The notes beneath the pieces are model-generated. The model saw nothing but the letters and a program-made list of their open reading frames with translations, had not been told where the DNA came from and made no database searches. The position numbers and the translations under genes are program-made. A DNA stretch of 62,210 nucleotides, filler included, from Sphacelaria rigidula (Eukaryota), in the NCBI GenBank assembly GCA_964200075.2. It is 11 parts of 11 records of this genome, joined end to end, with 100 filler letters (N's around TTAATTAATTAA, not from the genome) between each part and the next. Parts side by side here need not be neighbours in the genome. Positions count along the whole stretch, not along the records: positions 33,991 to 39,554 come from CAXNAA020026290.1; positions 39,655 to 45,218 come from CAXNAA020026291.1; positions 45,319 to 50,882 come from CAXNAA020026292.1; positions 50,983 to 56,546 come from CAXNAA020026293.1; 7 more parts are not named here. One strand, 5' to 3'. Each line of letters opens with the position of its first letter. Positions within the stretch are counted from its first letter, which is position 1. Shown piece by piece: positions 38,576-52,830 of the stretch.

Positions 38576-41500
38576 CTGCGGAAAAGTTGCACCATTTAAT
38601 CTCCCGCCGTCCGTCGATAACCAAGACACGGCGATCAAATAAGATCGCCTCGAAATTTTCATAGTTAAGGTACGAGAATGCGACATCGCTGCCTGGGGAC
38701 CCCGTACAAGACCGCCGAGGTTCGATGCGGGTGCTGACCAAGGGTTGAACCCGCAAATGTCACCTAGCGCCGATTATCTGTGCCCCTGCAGCGTTGGGTT
38801 TCTCCTTCGCTACGAGGGGGGAGACTATTTGTCGGGTTCGACGGGAGAGGGCAACTCCAACGACGGCGACGCAGAAGGAGAGATGTTTTGGGTACCACCA
38901 TCCGTAATACGTCGACGCGCCTTCGCTGACGCTGAGGCACAGACCGCGCAGGCGCCAGACGAGAACGACTTGGATTGTTACATCATCAACCGCGGCTGCC
39001 GACACTGCAATGGTCGGACCCATTCTGCTACAGTTGTCGTTTCCGGCTGTCGAGCCTTCGAGCGGGGAGGGAAACGACCGTCAATCTTCAGCTGGTGAAC
39101 CTCCTAGTCGGGAAGACGACAGTGGCAAAAACGATGAGGTTAACAGCAACAGCGGGTCGAGAGAGAGAGCTCCCCTGCGCCTGAGATGGTTACGCACGCG
39201 CCCAAGCGGCAGTAGACTCCACGCCAACAACAACAGGCGGCGGTGGACACAGGAGTGCAGATGGTTGGTGAGAGAGAACCGCACAACATCAGCAGCGAGA
39301 TGAAAAATAATCCCCTCGCACCTGAGTCGCCGGTGCTCGGGTGCACGCGGCGGCAGATTCGCGCTCGTGACCAGTGAAATGCGCGCTCATCGTGAAGAAG
39401 ATGCGCCGAAAACGTTTGCGAAGATCTTGGATCCACAGTACAGGGTCATCGGAGGGAGTGGGGGGGGGGGGGGGGGGGGGGCCCCTGTTTTTGCGTGCCA
39501 TAGTTAAAAATACATTTACCCCCCCGCCCCCAAAAACGGGGGCAGAGCACCCCGNNNNNNNNNNNNNNNNNNNNNNNNNNNNNNNNNNNNNNNNNNNNTT
39601 AATTAATTAANNNNNNNNNNNNNNNNNNNNNNNNNNNNNNNNNNNNNNNNNNNNGGGGGGGGGGGGGGTGGGGGGGGGGCATTCGTTTCCGAGCGATATG
39701 GGCGCATGCGTTTTGTTGACCGATGGGTGCCCAAGCGCATTGCGATGAAGTTTGAAGTTTGCTGTGCTTTGTAGAAAGCTTCACTGAAGTGCAGGCAGGA
39801 CAGGGGTCGAACACCCCTACCCTACAGCTGCTGCCACGGTCGTGATGAATGGTTGGATTGGATTGTCATCATCCAGTCTTCTGTAGCCTTTACCTCTATG
39901 TTCTTATTTTTTTCCTCACTTGATGTATAGTACCAGTGGGTACTGACAACGGCGACTCATGTCCGCATGACAGCGTGTTTTTGTCCCCCCCCGCCCCAAC
40001 CCTTTCCGCCTTGTTGCTCTCTTCCTTTTCATTTTTTCTTTTTTCTCCCTTCGTCTGTTGGCGGTAGCAAAAAGCGCCGATCTACAACATGTTCTCTCTT
40101 TTCACAGTTGTGTGAGAACTGAATGCGCAAACGTTTTGTTTTGTTTTGATTTTCTTGTGCGATTTTAGAACATGACAATTTTTGTGCGTATGTGTGAACT
40201 GTGAACTGGTGGACCGTTGTGGAATCTACTTGACCAAAAATTATTGTGCAACAGCCGTTCGTTTTTTGACGTGATATTTTTAAATGCATTGGGAAATGAC
40301 ACACGGATGGATCGATGTGTTCCGTGCGGTCGTGTGTGTATCAACGTTCGCATCACGATGATTCACACATGTATATATACATACGTATACGAACTCGTTT
40401 ATTTTTTTTCGATACTAGTATATGCATGGGAGAGTTGTACTGCTGTAGTACTGTCGAAACCGTGTTTGTTAATTACAGTATGACGTTTGTGTCCTTTTTT
40501 TTTTTTAACCGGGGGAAGTCGGTGGGAGGTACCGGAGCACCCTTTCGGTTTGCAAAGTAAATTGGCTCATATTTGCTTGTTTTGCGGGCTAGTAATGAGT
40601 CACTATTATGACGAAGATCGCAAGGAAAGGGTGAACCGGGGCCACGCCTAGTAATTCTTGGTTGCGGTCCGTTTTTCTTTTCCCTGTGCCAAAAAAAATA
40701 TGTAATGGTGGGTGGTCCATGGAGGGCTCGTCCTTGTGATTTTCTTCGTGGCGGATATGCTTCAACTTACTGTGCTAGCACGGTTTTGGGAGAAATCGTT
40801 TATCTTCAAAATAATGACGACTCGCTTTTTTTGTAAAACCGTGCTAGCATGATTAGAAGCCTAGTGACGGAGGGGTGGGGATGAAGGGGGAAAGCCTTGC
40901 GACCGTGAGATCCGTCATTGACTGCATGGCTTTATTTCTGTGCGTTTGTTCATCTGACTGTTCCATGCGTGGGATTGCGTCAAGAATACACAAGTCATGT
41001 CGGTGTGTCTTTTTTTTCTTTCTTTTCCGTGCCCATGTTGACGTGGATAAATAAAAGACTTGGATGAGCGGAAGAATACGCTATTCCTTCGATGGGGAGA
41101 AAGTAAGAAGTCTGTACTAATGCTGCTGCCGCTGTTGCCGCGCGAAGAGGTTTTGACTGGCTGCTATGCTTCTTGTTGGCTTTTTATTTTTTGGTCTCTC
41201 GTGGTCGAAACGGCTTGTATAGTGACGGTCGTGGAGAATTCGGATGAAATGTAACATAACATACTCTAGAGATGAAACGCTTGCTTGGGGTTTTGCTCAG
41301 ATACAGGTGCCAACAATGGGAGAGGGTGTGTAACATATGTATGTTAGTGTCGAGGTGAGGATGGCAAGAAAGAGCCAGGACTGGTTGGCCATTTGCATGG
41401 CCATTTGCAGGCAGAGAATTCTGTTATTTCTCTCTCTTCCTTTTTCTTTGTTGAGATGCGCTCTTCAAGATTCCATTCCGTCAATATGCTACATGGTAAT

Positions 41501-44500
41501 GATCATGTTGACAATGGTTTTGAGTATTCATACGCGATATGAACATGGTGTGTTTCGCACTAGAAACGTTCATGTCGGCTCTGAAATGGGTAGAATGGCG
41601 GTGCTGTGTATGTGCGTGTCTTTTTCGGGGGGGGGGGGGGGGGGGGTTGATGTTTTCAATAACGATCGGAAAACAAAAGGAAAAAAGTGTGGGAACGGCA
41701 TCTGTTATTTGNNNNNNNNNNCTCGTTTTTCTGGTGTGCGTGTTCTGTGGTGCGGGTGCGGGTCTTGCGTGGGGGCGGGGGGGGGGGCTGCAGGGCCATG
41801 TTTGCTGTTTTCAATCTAGATTGGCAAATGAAGAGGAAAAAGAGTTGTCACGCATTGCTTTCATCTCTCTGCTCCATTTGAGCAGTGCGATGCGTGTCGT
41901 CCTCTCTGCTGCCGTCACTGCTACCACTACAACTACTACTACTATGACTACTATGACTACGACTACTGCTCAGCCACTAATTGGTAATTGAGGTGTAAAC
42001 ATCCGCTTTGTCGTCGTTTTTACACCGTTCTACATCATTAATGTTATTTGGATCTGGAGTATGGTGTGTGGATGTTCCCGTTTCAGGACGCTGTGGGAGA
42101 GGGGGGTAGTGAGGAGAGACGTGTAGGGACCATGTGTAGTACACGCGGCGTTGCCGTCTTTTCCCAAAAGTCTGTCGGTCGACTGTTATCTTCCACACGT
42201 CTCTCGACACAGCAAACATGGGTGGAAGTACTCTTTGTTCATTCAGTGCAGGTAGATATAGCAGTATATTGTTTGAGTGAAATACTAAATACAGGAGGTG
42301 AAGTAGCGCGCAGTTTACTGGTGGTTGGCGAAAAGAGGAGAGCGTGCGTAACCGGAGCTACATACAGTACACCCGGAGAGTGGAGGCTATACGTAGGAAA
42401 TTACACTTTCGGGTAGGTGATTAATGAACAATATATACCGCGGCATGTGGTTAAAGAAAATAAATGGTAACTGGATCGGGCTGAACAAGTCTGGCTTGCT
42501 CGTTTCTTCGTTCACCCTATTGCTAATTGGCTGCAAACCAACAAGAGCTGAACATCGATGGAAGCAACACCCGGGTGTATTCACTGTCGTAGGTAGCCCA
42601 TTCATATCTTTATGCTTCGTCCGTCCAAAAGCAGTCATGATCATAATGTGGATGTGATACGTGAAACCGTCCGCTTCTTTTTTCTTTCGTCGACTGGTTG
42701 CAGAGGAGGTGCTTGGTGCAGGCTCCGGCACGAAATATAGCCGTTGGCGTTCTAGTAAAGTGGATGTTTCGATATGTCTACGCTTCAGGTTTTCACCCAG
42801 TTCGAAGTACTTCTCACGGTTGGTGGGTTGGTAGGCTAGTTGGTAGGGTTCGCACTTGTTACGGTACACTGCGCTCTTGTTACGGTACACTGCGGAAGAG
42901 GGGGAGGGGAGGGGGGGGACGCTGTGGAAACGGGACAGAGATGTGTTCTTACATCATGTTGACATGAATGGATGTTGACATGCGGAGAGGTGTAGGGTGT
43001 AGTGATGGAAGGTGTAGAGAGGTGGGGGTGGGCGTACTTATTTGTTGCTTGCATGATCATTTGATCATTGACCACGTATCTCTTGCGACAGGGAGTACCT
43101 GCGAGGTGTAGGTGTGTGGGCGGGGGGAATGGGAACCAACACATGCGCACATACACACGCTTGCTGACGTACGGGTACTGTCACACGCTCAACTTGTACC
43201 ACGCAACTTATTCGATTGCTTCACGTTTCTCGTCTTTTTCGTTCCATGAGTACTACGCTACTACACGTGCGGCGTTGCAGTCAAGCATATATTTCGGGCA
43301 AATAACCGTCGAAGAATGGAAGGGCAGGGGGGGGGGGGGGGGGGACGTAAGGGGGCAGGGGTTTTCATTATATTCGGCTTTTTGATGACTCAATACTAGT
43401 AACAAGATCCCTGTGAAGAGGAGAATTGCATGTTGTCTTGTCTGTTACATGGCATGTTGATGGGGAGGGTGTTGGGTGATTTTCGTTCAGAAGAAGGCGG
43501 CGGGCGGACTTGCACTTATTTTTCTCAACGAAAAGGAAAACAGGGACAAGAGGAAAATGGGGAACGCAGTCAACGCCGGTCTTGTGAGCGAGAGAAATCA
43601 GGTCGCCCGACATGTGCCCCCGTCCCGGTGCTTGAACAGCGGCGGAAGATCGATGTGCCCTTGATTGCCGTGCCTCGTTCTTGGGGTTCTTTTGGTTCTT
43701 TGGGTTCTTCGGTTACCCCGAAGTTCCAGAGAGGAGTGATGAATTAATTCGTTCATACTCATGTTGATTACAGTCTTTCGTCCAGCCGTTTCAAGTACAA
43801 TGATGAGAGTGTTTACCGTCACCAGCACTTCGGAGTCACGTGCGTTACAGTTACGCTCGCTCCCCACATAAAAAAAACCTGTTCTGACCCATTTTTTTCC
43901 CGGATCGGAAGCGTCCGATTCGGCACGAAAAACCCAGATCTAGTGTGGCGTTGGTCCGGTCCGGTCCGATGAAATCCTGGGCGATTGTGTCGCGTTGTCC
44001 CGGTTCGGTGCGATGCAGATCCGGTGGTATGATGTAGACCTGGTGTTGGTGTGGCGATAGACCCGATGCTGTAGTATATATGGGCCGGGTTCGGTACGAG
44101 AACGGCCTGGTTCCGTGTCGCAGAGCTTCGTGGGATAGAAGGGTTCGGTATGAGAAGGCTGGTTCGGTATTGCCAGGAGAAGAAACAGTCGTACGACTGA
44201 CGAGTCATCTCATGGTTACGTGATTTTGTTTTCCAGTTAGATGGGTAGACCAATAATGTTTTCGTTCGAGAACTGAGCGATTCATCTACCAAGGTATTCG
44301 TAAAGAGTGCCGTGGTGAGATCGCCCCAAGGGCGATGACTAATGATGCTGGATGGTGTGTGATTAGCACCTCTACATGACCTGACCCGCTTAGTGATGAC
44401 CCGGGCCCGTCAACCCGGCCCGTCATCCTGGGCGTGTCAACCGTGAGACTGCGACTCTCCAATTACATTCCGGGCTATGGTAAGTGCTGACCATTGCAAG

Positions 44501-45393
44501 GATCGATTCCTCTCCGTCTCTCGTTTTGGACAGGACGTTCCTTTGTGCGCTACAGAACACGTCATCGAAAGCCAGGGCGATGTTGTTCCTGTCACCGCTA
44601 TCCTCTTGTCATATATGCACGCGCGAGAAACGACCGCTTCGCCAAGATTCAATCGCGCGCGTGTGTGGGGTGTCCTCTTTTTTTGCCCCATCCTTGGCAA
44701 AAAGACGATTGTGCATATCTGGGTTGAGGCAATGTGAGGGGAAAAAATACTCATGGAGACCTTAGCATGCGGAGTGATCAAAGATACCTCAGGCCGGGAC
44801 TTCGCTGTCGCTGGCGCGACCCGTGCGGGGGCTGGCGTACTGTAATCTATGAGCCCATGTATCCCAGGTACAGTCGATCGTGTGCGCAGGGTGTGTGTGT
44901 GTGTGCTCGTGTTTTTTCATAACAATGAACTCTCAGGAGGCCATCACAAGCTGAGGCGAGATATTAGGCTCTAGTGTTGTGAACTGATTTGGCCCACCAT
45001 TTCACTGGTTGCAGGAATTACGATCATTTACAGTTATTAGTTAAAACTGGATAACTGGGGGCGACGCCGGCCCGCCACTCTGCCAGCGTTGCCTGGCAAG
45101 GCAACGCGGTTGAGTCACGTAAACGCCCCCCCCTCCCCCCCCCCTGCACCCATGAGGCAGTGTAAAAGCCGTGGCTGTCTCTGGAAGTGGCGATACCAAA
45201 GAACAAAGCAACTCATTGNNNNNNNNNNNNNNNNNNNNNNNNNNNNNNNNNNNNNNNNNNNNTTAATTAATTAANNNNNNNNNNNNNNNNNNNNNNNNNN
45301 NNNNNNNNNNNNNNNNNNCATGATCATGAGTACACCCCCTCCCCCGCGCACGCCACTCCCCTTGTATTGGCGAATGAATGACGAAAAACGCAG

Positions 45394-47859
45394 ACATCCA
45401 GTGTTGTGACCCGAGTCTTCGCGCCGTCGCACGCCGGAGATTCTTCTCGTGATGTAACCGACGGACCACCGGGCCGATTCAGTTCTCTGAATCAGGTATG
45501 TATGATGAAGAACTAGAAAAACACACACTGTACGCACACCTTCAAAACACCTTCAAAGAGAACCAGAAAGTGTTTTTTTGTTCTGTTGTATTTTATTTTT
45601 GGCTTGAGGGGTATTATGAACGCATCTATTCCCCTTTCCGCATGAAGTTTCCGAGTTTTTTTTCTACTTTGAAGAACGTGAGGGCAGATTTCTCAGCCAG
45701 ATCAGGCAAAAGGTAAATTAGAGAGTGACCTCATATTTCTCCGAGAGTTTCAGCGTCCTTTTTTTTTGTCTCTAGTAATTATTTTGGAAAGAAGTTTGAT
45801 TATACTTAGGAAAAAAACGAAAAAAAAATCTAAAGAAAAATGACTCGTTGATTAGATCCTAACCACGACGAATTTATTTCAAACCATGGATTTAGCGAGC
45901 CGTGTTGGAGATAATATCTGCTGATGAGAATAAAATGATTAATCCCCTGCCAGTCCTGAAGTTTTGATTACATTGCTGAGATGGTGTCATATGAAGTGAA
46001 ACGCAGATAGCCCCCCCTCCCGCCCGGTAGTGTTAGGATGGTGAGACAACCCATGAGGCAGTGTAACCGATTGCTGCCTCCGGAAGATGCAACACCAGAA
46101 GATGAAGCAACTCATTGCAGGCTGTTATCCACATGCAAGATAATCAGTACCCTTCCGGCCGAACTCGACTCGCCGAACACACCACAGCGCGTCGCGATTG
46201 GTGACTGCGAGCCTGGTCCGGCGAAAACCCGGCATGCTCCGTCCTGGCTTTGTAGGGATGCTAGGTCAATGGTTGTATGACTATGACATTATATCATGAG
46301 TTCACCCCCCTCCCCCCCGTGAGGTCAATGGTCTCATGACTATGGCATGCATGATCATGAGTACACCCCTCTTTGCTCCGTCTCGAAAGGAATGCGTGGG
46401 CAATGGTCAATCGACTAAGGCAAGCAACAAATGAGTACGCCCCCCCCCACGTGTGTGTGTGTCCTGTGCGTCTCGTTGTCCCTCTTACTATAGTGGCACG
46501 ACTCTCGGAGGACGATGGAGACTCCACCATCTGATGACGACCGACTGGCATCTCCCATGGACGACAGGGCTGGGAGGGCGATGTCGCAGATATCGTGCGC
46601 TGACTCCCGATTTGATCGCTCTCCTATAGCGCGCCACCGACAACTGCAGCCCCAGGTACACCAGCAGGATCAGCAGCTGCCGCCACGAATTGTAATAGCC
46701 GGCAGCAGTGCTGCTCTTGCCATGGGGATGCGCTCGCCCAGCGATGTGTCGGTCGCAGGTACGATATACGATGAAAATGTTCACGTAGTGCTGTCTTATC
46801 GTTGCACTGATGAGATGCGTAAGTAAATGAGAGCCAGATTTTAGACTGGTTTCTTCGTACAGTACAAGTAAAAAGAAGTGGAAAGGGTGCAAATCCATTG
46901 TTTGCAGATCTTACACGGTTCTACACCTACCCTTGTCCGAGAACCCCCAAAACCAGCAAAAAAAAAACAGTCCATGCATCAAACACCTAACATCAAGCAC
47001 CCATCCACAAAAATAGCTTATGCTATTCTGGCCTGTATTATGTCTGTAATACTTGTGGGGTCTCGGACGGTATTGTAGCCGAATGTTTTTTTCTTGTGAT
47101 GATTGTACTTTCCTTTTTTTATTATTCATTGTATAGGGGTGAACTGAAAGCGATTTCGTATACTACGAATGAATCCATGGTATGTATATTATTGACGTAC
47201 TCCGTGCACATGTACCTTTTGCCGAGGTATAGATGAAAGCTGGACATGCAATTTCGAATATCGTTGGCAATAAAATGAGAGGAAGAAAAAACAATGTTGA
47301 GTTATGTCTACACCTGCAGAAGGCTTGCTACATTTGTTCGTCTAAAAAATTGGACTCAATTGAACTCAATGAAAATAAAAAATATAGAAATTATGAAATG
47401 AAGTGATGGATCAATGTAATCCGAAATGATGAGATGAGAGCATGATAACATGATATCAATATAAAAATATTTCAATGATAGTGAAATGAAGAAGCCCCCC
47501 CCCACTCCCTCCTCCTCTCCATTTCCAAAGTGTACATAACAAGAACACGATGTGTTGAATTAATCATATATTCGAAAGTCCAATCCCCCCCTTCTGCAAA
47601 GCCCGTTCTCACTTCCAAGTCACAATCACGTACGTCCGCGCCTGGCACGCAGCTTCTCGTTTCGAGGATCCGCCCGCAGACGAGGCTGCCGGCAGCGCCA
47701 GCATGGGGGGTGCTGCCGGCGCTACAGCTAAGCCGTACGCTGATATGCGTCTCTTCGAATCCTCGCCTAGCTCTGCGGCCGGTTCTCGATTTCCGGACTC
47801 CCCGTCGTCTTACGCGGCGTCACGTTTGCCGGGGTCGCCGACGAGGGGTGCGGGAGTAG
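45394..47859 (+). CDS. Internal exons of an unknown low-complexity S/P/A-rich protein: 45394-45495, 46494-46758 and 47653-47859
   Basis: Three GT-AG exons join in phase with no stops (TSSVVTRVFAP...SLNQ|WHDSRRTMETPP...DVSVA|ASRFEDPP...GSPTRGAGV). Confidence 0.65.
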
Positions 47860-50800
47860 GTGAGATGATCGATAAAAAAACTGAAGTACTTTCATTGTAC
47901 AGTGTGACAAGTAGTGTTTGAGGAAGGATATATTCATGTAACGGATTCTAGATTCTCGTACATTATAAAGCTATTCTGTGAGCTGAGTGTCATGCACCCC
48001 CACTGTACTGATACCAACTGCTACCGAAAAGCCTACATATATATATATATATAGTAGTCACCATCATAAGTTTTCAGAATCCGTAGTTGTTGTAGTTTTT
48101 GAGTTTTTCTGGAGTACTATTCTTCACTACTACTTGAAAGTGCTAGCGCCGGTAGATTTAGGGGGAAAGCGTAGGCCGCGCTGAAACTGCAGTGCCCAAG
48201 TTGGTGTTTGTGGGGCGATACGGACTAGATACCCCGTTTATCAGGAGGGTGTCATCGGCCGTTTTTGGTCCAATGAAATGAGTTTTCTGGCTCTTCTGCA
48301 ACGAAACGGTAAATATTCAGATGAAGAATACGTGAAAAAAAACTTCACAATAACGATGAGATTGTGTTTCCCTCCTATTCTGCACAGGCCTCAGTCAAGC
48401 ATTTTCTGCGTATGGCCTCTTTCCGTTTTTTCGCTTAACATTTTCTATGAGCACTTGAAGGTGCTGGCGTCGATAGTTTTGGCAAAATAAATAGACCGTG
48501 CTTGAATCACAATTCCCAAGTTGATGTTGCGGGGGCGATACAAAGACCCCGTGAATGATCCAAGAAACATAGTTTTCCGGCTCTAGCGCAGTGAAAATGT
48601 GTAATGAAAAAAAAAAAACATTTTTGAGTCTCTTATGTGATCGGGATCGAGTCGGTCCACCGAAAATACCCAAAAGCTAGAAGCTGAGGTTGCACTTTCG
48701 CAGGACCCCCGAAGATCGATCAAGCCCGTAAGTCACTCAGTACTGATCGCAGATATTTTTTCTTTCAATATCTGTCAAGATGAATAAAATATCTCCAGAT
48801 GCCCATTCTTTGGCATCCAACAGCCACTGTGATGAGCGGTGGCAAGCGAAACGAATTTGGAAAATCTTCGAGAAACTTAAGAAATTACTAATTCTGCATA
48901 CTTCTGACGCTGACTACTGTATTTATATATATATCAATATCTTGAAAGTAATGCATTTTCGCGACCTTTGAGATTTTGAAACAGGCATGTCTACTTCATG
49001 TGTCTGTGCTTATCGAGCGTCTATTGACGAGTGCTTCCATTCATGCTCTACTCTTTAACGAAGAATCTGAAACAGACATGTATACTTTATGTGTGTGCTT
49101 TATCGAGTGTCTTTCGGTGAGTCCGTCCATTTAATTACTCTCTTTATGCGTACCTACGTTTGTCTCGTGACTAACCCACAATTTAAATCCACGGGCGATT
49201 ACAATTTTCCGGGCACGGTTTGTAGCTCACGGATAACGGTTCCGATTTTACTGAGCCCGTGCATCTGAAGCTCGCTCAAATTCACGCTTGGCACAATATA
49301 GTCAGTACATCCCCCGTTATCTAGCATGGGCTTTTGCATTTGTGCACAGTATTGGCTGGCTGTATCGATACGCACTCACAAACTCGCTACTCAACTCGAA
49401 ATATGTTGTTTTAAAGAAAAAATATTTTTGTTCCAAATATCAATATACATGACCCTCTTTTTTTCGGCACCGAGTTCGCAGGTTCGGGTCGTTTTGAGAT
49501 AATTAAACCGAAGTCATTTTTTTTTTTCGTGAGTCTTGCACGGATTTTTTTTCGCGATTTTCGATGCATACACGTGTGCTACTCAAGCTTTATCTGCTGC
49601 AGAGTTCTCAGCAAGATTCACTGGTTGGTTGCGTCTTGTCCGGGTCTGGTCTGGACTTCATTTCACCTCGTTGGCTTGCTATAGCTCAGGGCAGTAGCAG
49701 GAGGAGAGCTGAAAAAAAAAATGTGTAGTCAGCATGGATAGTATTTTTCATGAGCACCAAGTCAGGAAGCAAGCGAAGTGTACTGTAAACCTTCGAAAGG
49801 AAGCGACCTTCTAGCTCATGGGATCGTATACGCGAGAGAGATACGTGATTGTGTTCCCTGTCCAATGTCCCGTGTGTAGAGTGCTTGGTTGTCCCCGCCC
49901 TTGTACCTCAAGACCTTCCTGTCGCTATACCCACTCTTATATGTATCCGAAGATTCGCCAGCGCTGGCCAGCCAGACGGCACCATGCTTTTCATGTCTGT
50001 ACCGGCCATCTTTTTTCTTTCCTTTCCCTTCCTTGTTTTTTATTCGTTCATTTATTTGATTTTTTTTTACGTCTTAGCTTGCTATGTTTTGCTGTTTTAC
50101 CTTTTATGTTTCTTATTTTTTCTTGAGCGAATGTTTCGGTTTTGTTTGTCTCGGGCACGGCTGTCATATGATGTGACCACAGCTGGCTCCCTGGGGGATC
50201 AATTGAAGTGCGACAATCAATCGCTAATTAATTAATCAAACGGCGCCGATCAACGCGAGCCATCTAGACTAACAGCACGACAGCCTGCAAAATGGAGTCA
50301 GCAGCATCGATGCGGGTACGGCTCTTTTCTCGGGTTATATTTCCGTCCGAGCAGCATGAAACAACACACAACGACGACGATGGATGGAGCTATATTAAAT
50401 TATGCCGCGCATTCAAAGCCGTGCAAGACGTGGTAGCAAGCTCAGCGCAAATGGAGAGTGCAATGCCAAACCCGGTCACCGTAACCCATACCGCGGGCAC
50501 GGCGACGCTCAAAGCGAGCTTTGTGTACGCTAGCCCGTATACCAATAGACGGAGCACCGCTTGTGAGGTCGTTGTTCTGAACACCACCGCACCGCCGCAC
50601 GGTACTGTACTACGAGTGCGGGCACTAGAAGACTGGCTGAACTATGTGTGAGGGAGTGCATACTGAAATCAAGTTTGTACTATGAAACGTAATGGGACCG
50701 GTACATTTTTTTAATTATTACTTCAAGTTAGTGTTTGTACTTTGAAAATTAACCTCTACCGATGAACCCACCGCCTCCCCTCCCCCCCCCCCCCCCCCCC

Positions 50801-51944
50801 CCCCCGCTTTTTTCTTTTCTCCTCTTCTCCCCGCCCTCCCCCTCACCCGCGCCTCCCCCCCGCCCTCGCCCCCCCCCACAACNNNNNNNNNNNNNNNNNN
50901 NNNNNNNNNNNNNNNNNNNNNNNNNNTTAATTAATTAANNNNNNNNNNNNNNNNNNNNNNNNNNNNNNNNNNNNNNNNNNNNGGTCGTTACCATACTAAA
51001 ACGCCCTCAATCAGTGAAAAATAAAAATAAAAACCAACTTCACCCATTTTTCTTGGTTCATCATGACCCAGCGACGTCCCGCACAAAGTTTCAACCCACA
51101 AACACCACATATGGGCCGATAACGGCCTGCAAAATACTGTTCTGAATTTCCGCCGGCCCGGTTTTTCAAGGGTAAATTCGCAATTTTTTCTCTTAGAGTT
51201 GGACAGTGAAATTTGATATGCACAATCGACAGGGCATGAAGAAAAGCAGTCTGTGAGATCCCGAAGTTTTTTTTCCTTTTTTTAATAAAGGGCAAAAATC
51301 AGTTTTGAGGTTTTAGTAAAATACCCTCAACGCATGAAAAAAAAAAAAACTTCGGGACCTCACAGACAGCTTTTCTTCATACCCTGTCCATTATCTATAC
51401 CAAATTTCACTTTCCAACTTCAAGAAAAAAATTGCGGATTCGCCTGCAAAGTACCAATCCGCTTGTAGGCTGGCCCAGCCTGTACATAAAAGGCAAAACG
51501 CAAACATAATTGCAAAAGCGTTCAAAATGAGAAGAAGTAGGGTACAAGAAATGGCGAGAAAACATTGAGGCAACAAAGAGTCACCGAAGGCGCGTCGTCA
51601 GGGTCACAGGCCGACGAAACCCACGTTGATGTAGATACCACGTCGTCCACCCCGTCGCGCAGGTACCGATACCCCTGCTTCTTGAGCGCCTCTCTCACGG
51701 CGAACCCATGTTCCACAACTACACAAGAAGTTTCGTCGGGGGCCAATACATGGATATCTGGGGTCGGCATACACCGAAAAGCAAAACGCCGCAGTGATTA
51801 TGTGTAGATGATGTTGGAACCGGTGATGGAATGATTTCAGGAGAGAGGAAATGTTAAATGTTGTGGTGGTTATGACGCCATGAGATGGGAGATCGCCGGG
51901 CAGTGAGTGAGTGGTTGACGGGTCCTTCGTTGATTATCAAGGAA

Positions 51945-52830
51945 ACAGTGGAAGTATGGACATTGATGGGATGTCGCCGGGAAGATGGGCACGTCGAGAA
52001 TACATGGTGAGGCGTTGTAAGATATTAAGCGAAAAAGGGGAAGTGTAGTGGTGGTTCGTCGATGGAGCGAGGTAATCGTCATGTGCGATAAGGTAGGTAG
52101 GCTATGTGGAGACGAGTTCAACGGGATTTTTCCGGGAGATGCAGATGGGATATCGGCAGCGACTGAAGGGCGCATAGAAGGCGAATGGTGCAGAGGTAAG
52201 GTGCGGTAAGATCATTTGCGGAAATTGCGAATTTGTATTATCGTGGATGGTCGTTTAACATCTTGTGTGTGAGAGGGCCGGGGAATCATCGGGATTTCGA
52301 CGGGTAATTCTGTGGAGAGGTATGGTCAGGTACCGTATCGTAATTTTGTGGAAGTGTAACGCGTATTAAGGTGGCATATGTGGAGACTACTACGTTTTGA
52401 GTTTTCCGGGATTTGTTGATGGGGTAACTGCGGCGAAGTATGGGCGCTTGGAGGGTGCTTGCTTCAGAGGTTACGTGCGATAAGATTATTAGCGGAATTC
52501 GGGGAGTTCAATCGCGGTTCCTCGACGGGTTTGATGTGTGCGTTTGATGTGAGATAGCCGAGAAATGATGGGAACGGTTAGGTGGATGCTGTCATCGTGA
52601 GTTATTTTAACGTACTGTAACGTAGTTTTTGGAGGTGAAAGGTGTGTTTTTGTGTCGTATGTGGAGACTAGTGCGATTGGATTTTTCGGGGAGATGTTGA
52701 TGGTGTATCGCCGGCGAGTTATGAGCGCATGAAGGGTGCATCATGAAGAAGTAGCACACGGTAAGATCATAAGCGGAATTCGGAAAGTTTCATCGTGGTC
52801 GTGGACGGGTTTGACGTGTGATTGCCGGGG
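51945..52830. repeat. Diverged tandem array of ~275-280-bp units with strong G/T strand bias
   Basis: Units start atgtggagac at 52104, 52378 and 52659, with shared tttt..ggga..tg..gatgg, g.gcgc.t..a.gg and taagat.at..gcgga blocks. A partial unit lies upstream. Confidence 0.8.

Noticed and set aside
39655..45218. Contig 8 short ORFs and a possible minus-strand terminal exon near 43570-43660
   Set aside because: No motifs and no verifiable multi-exon phase chain. It reads as UTR or intergenic DNA with simple repeats.
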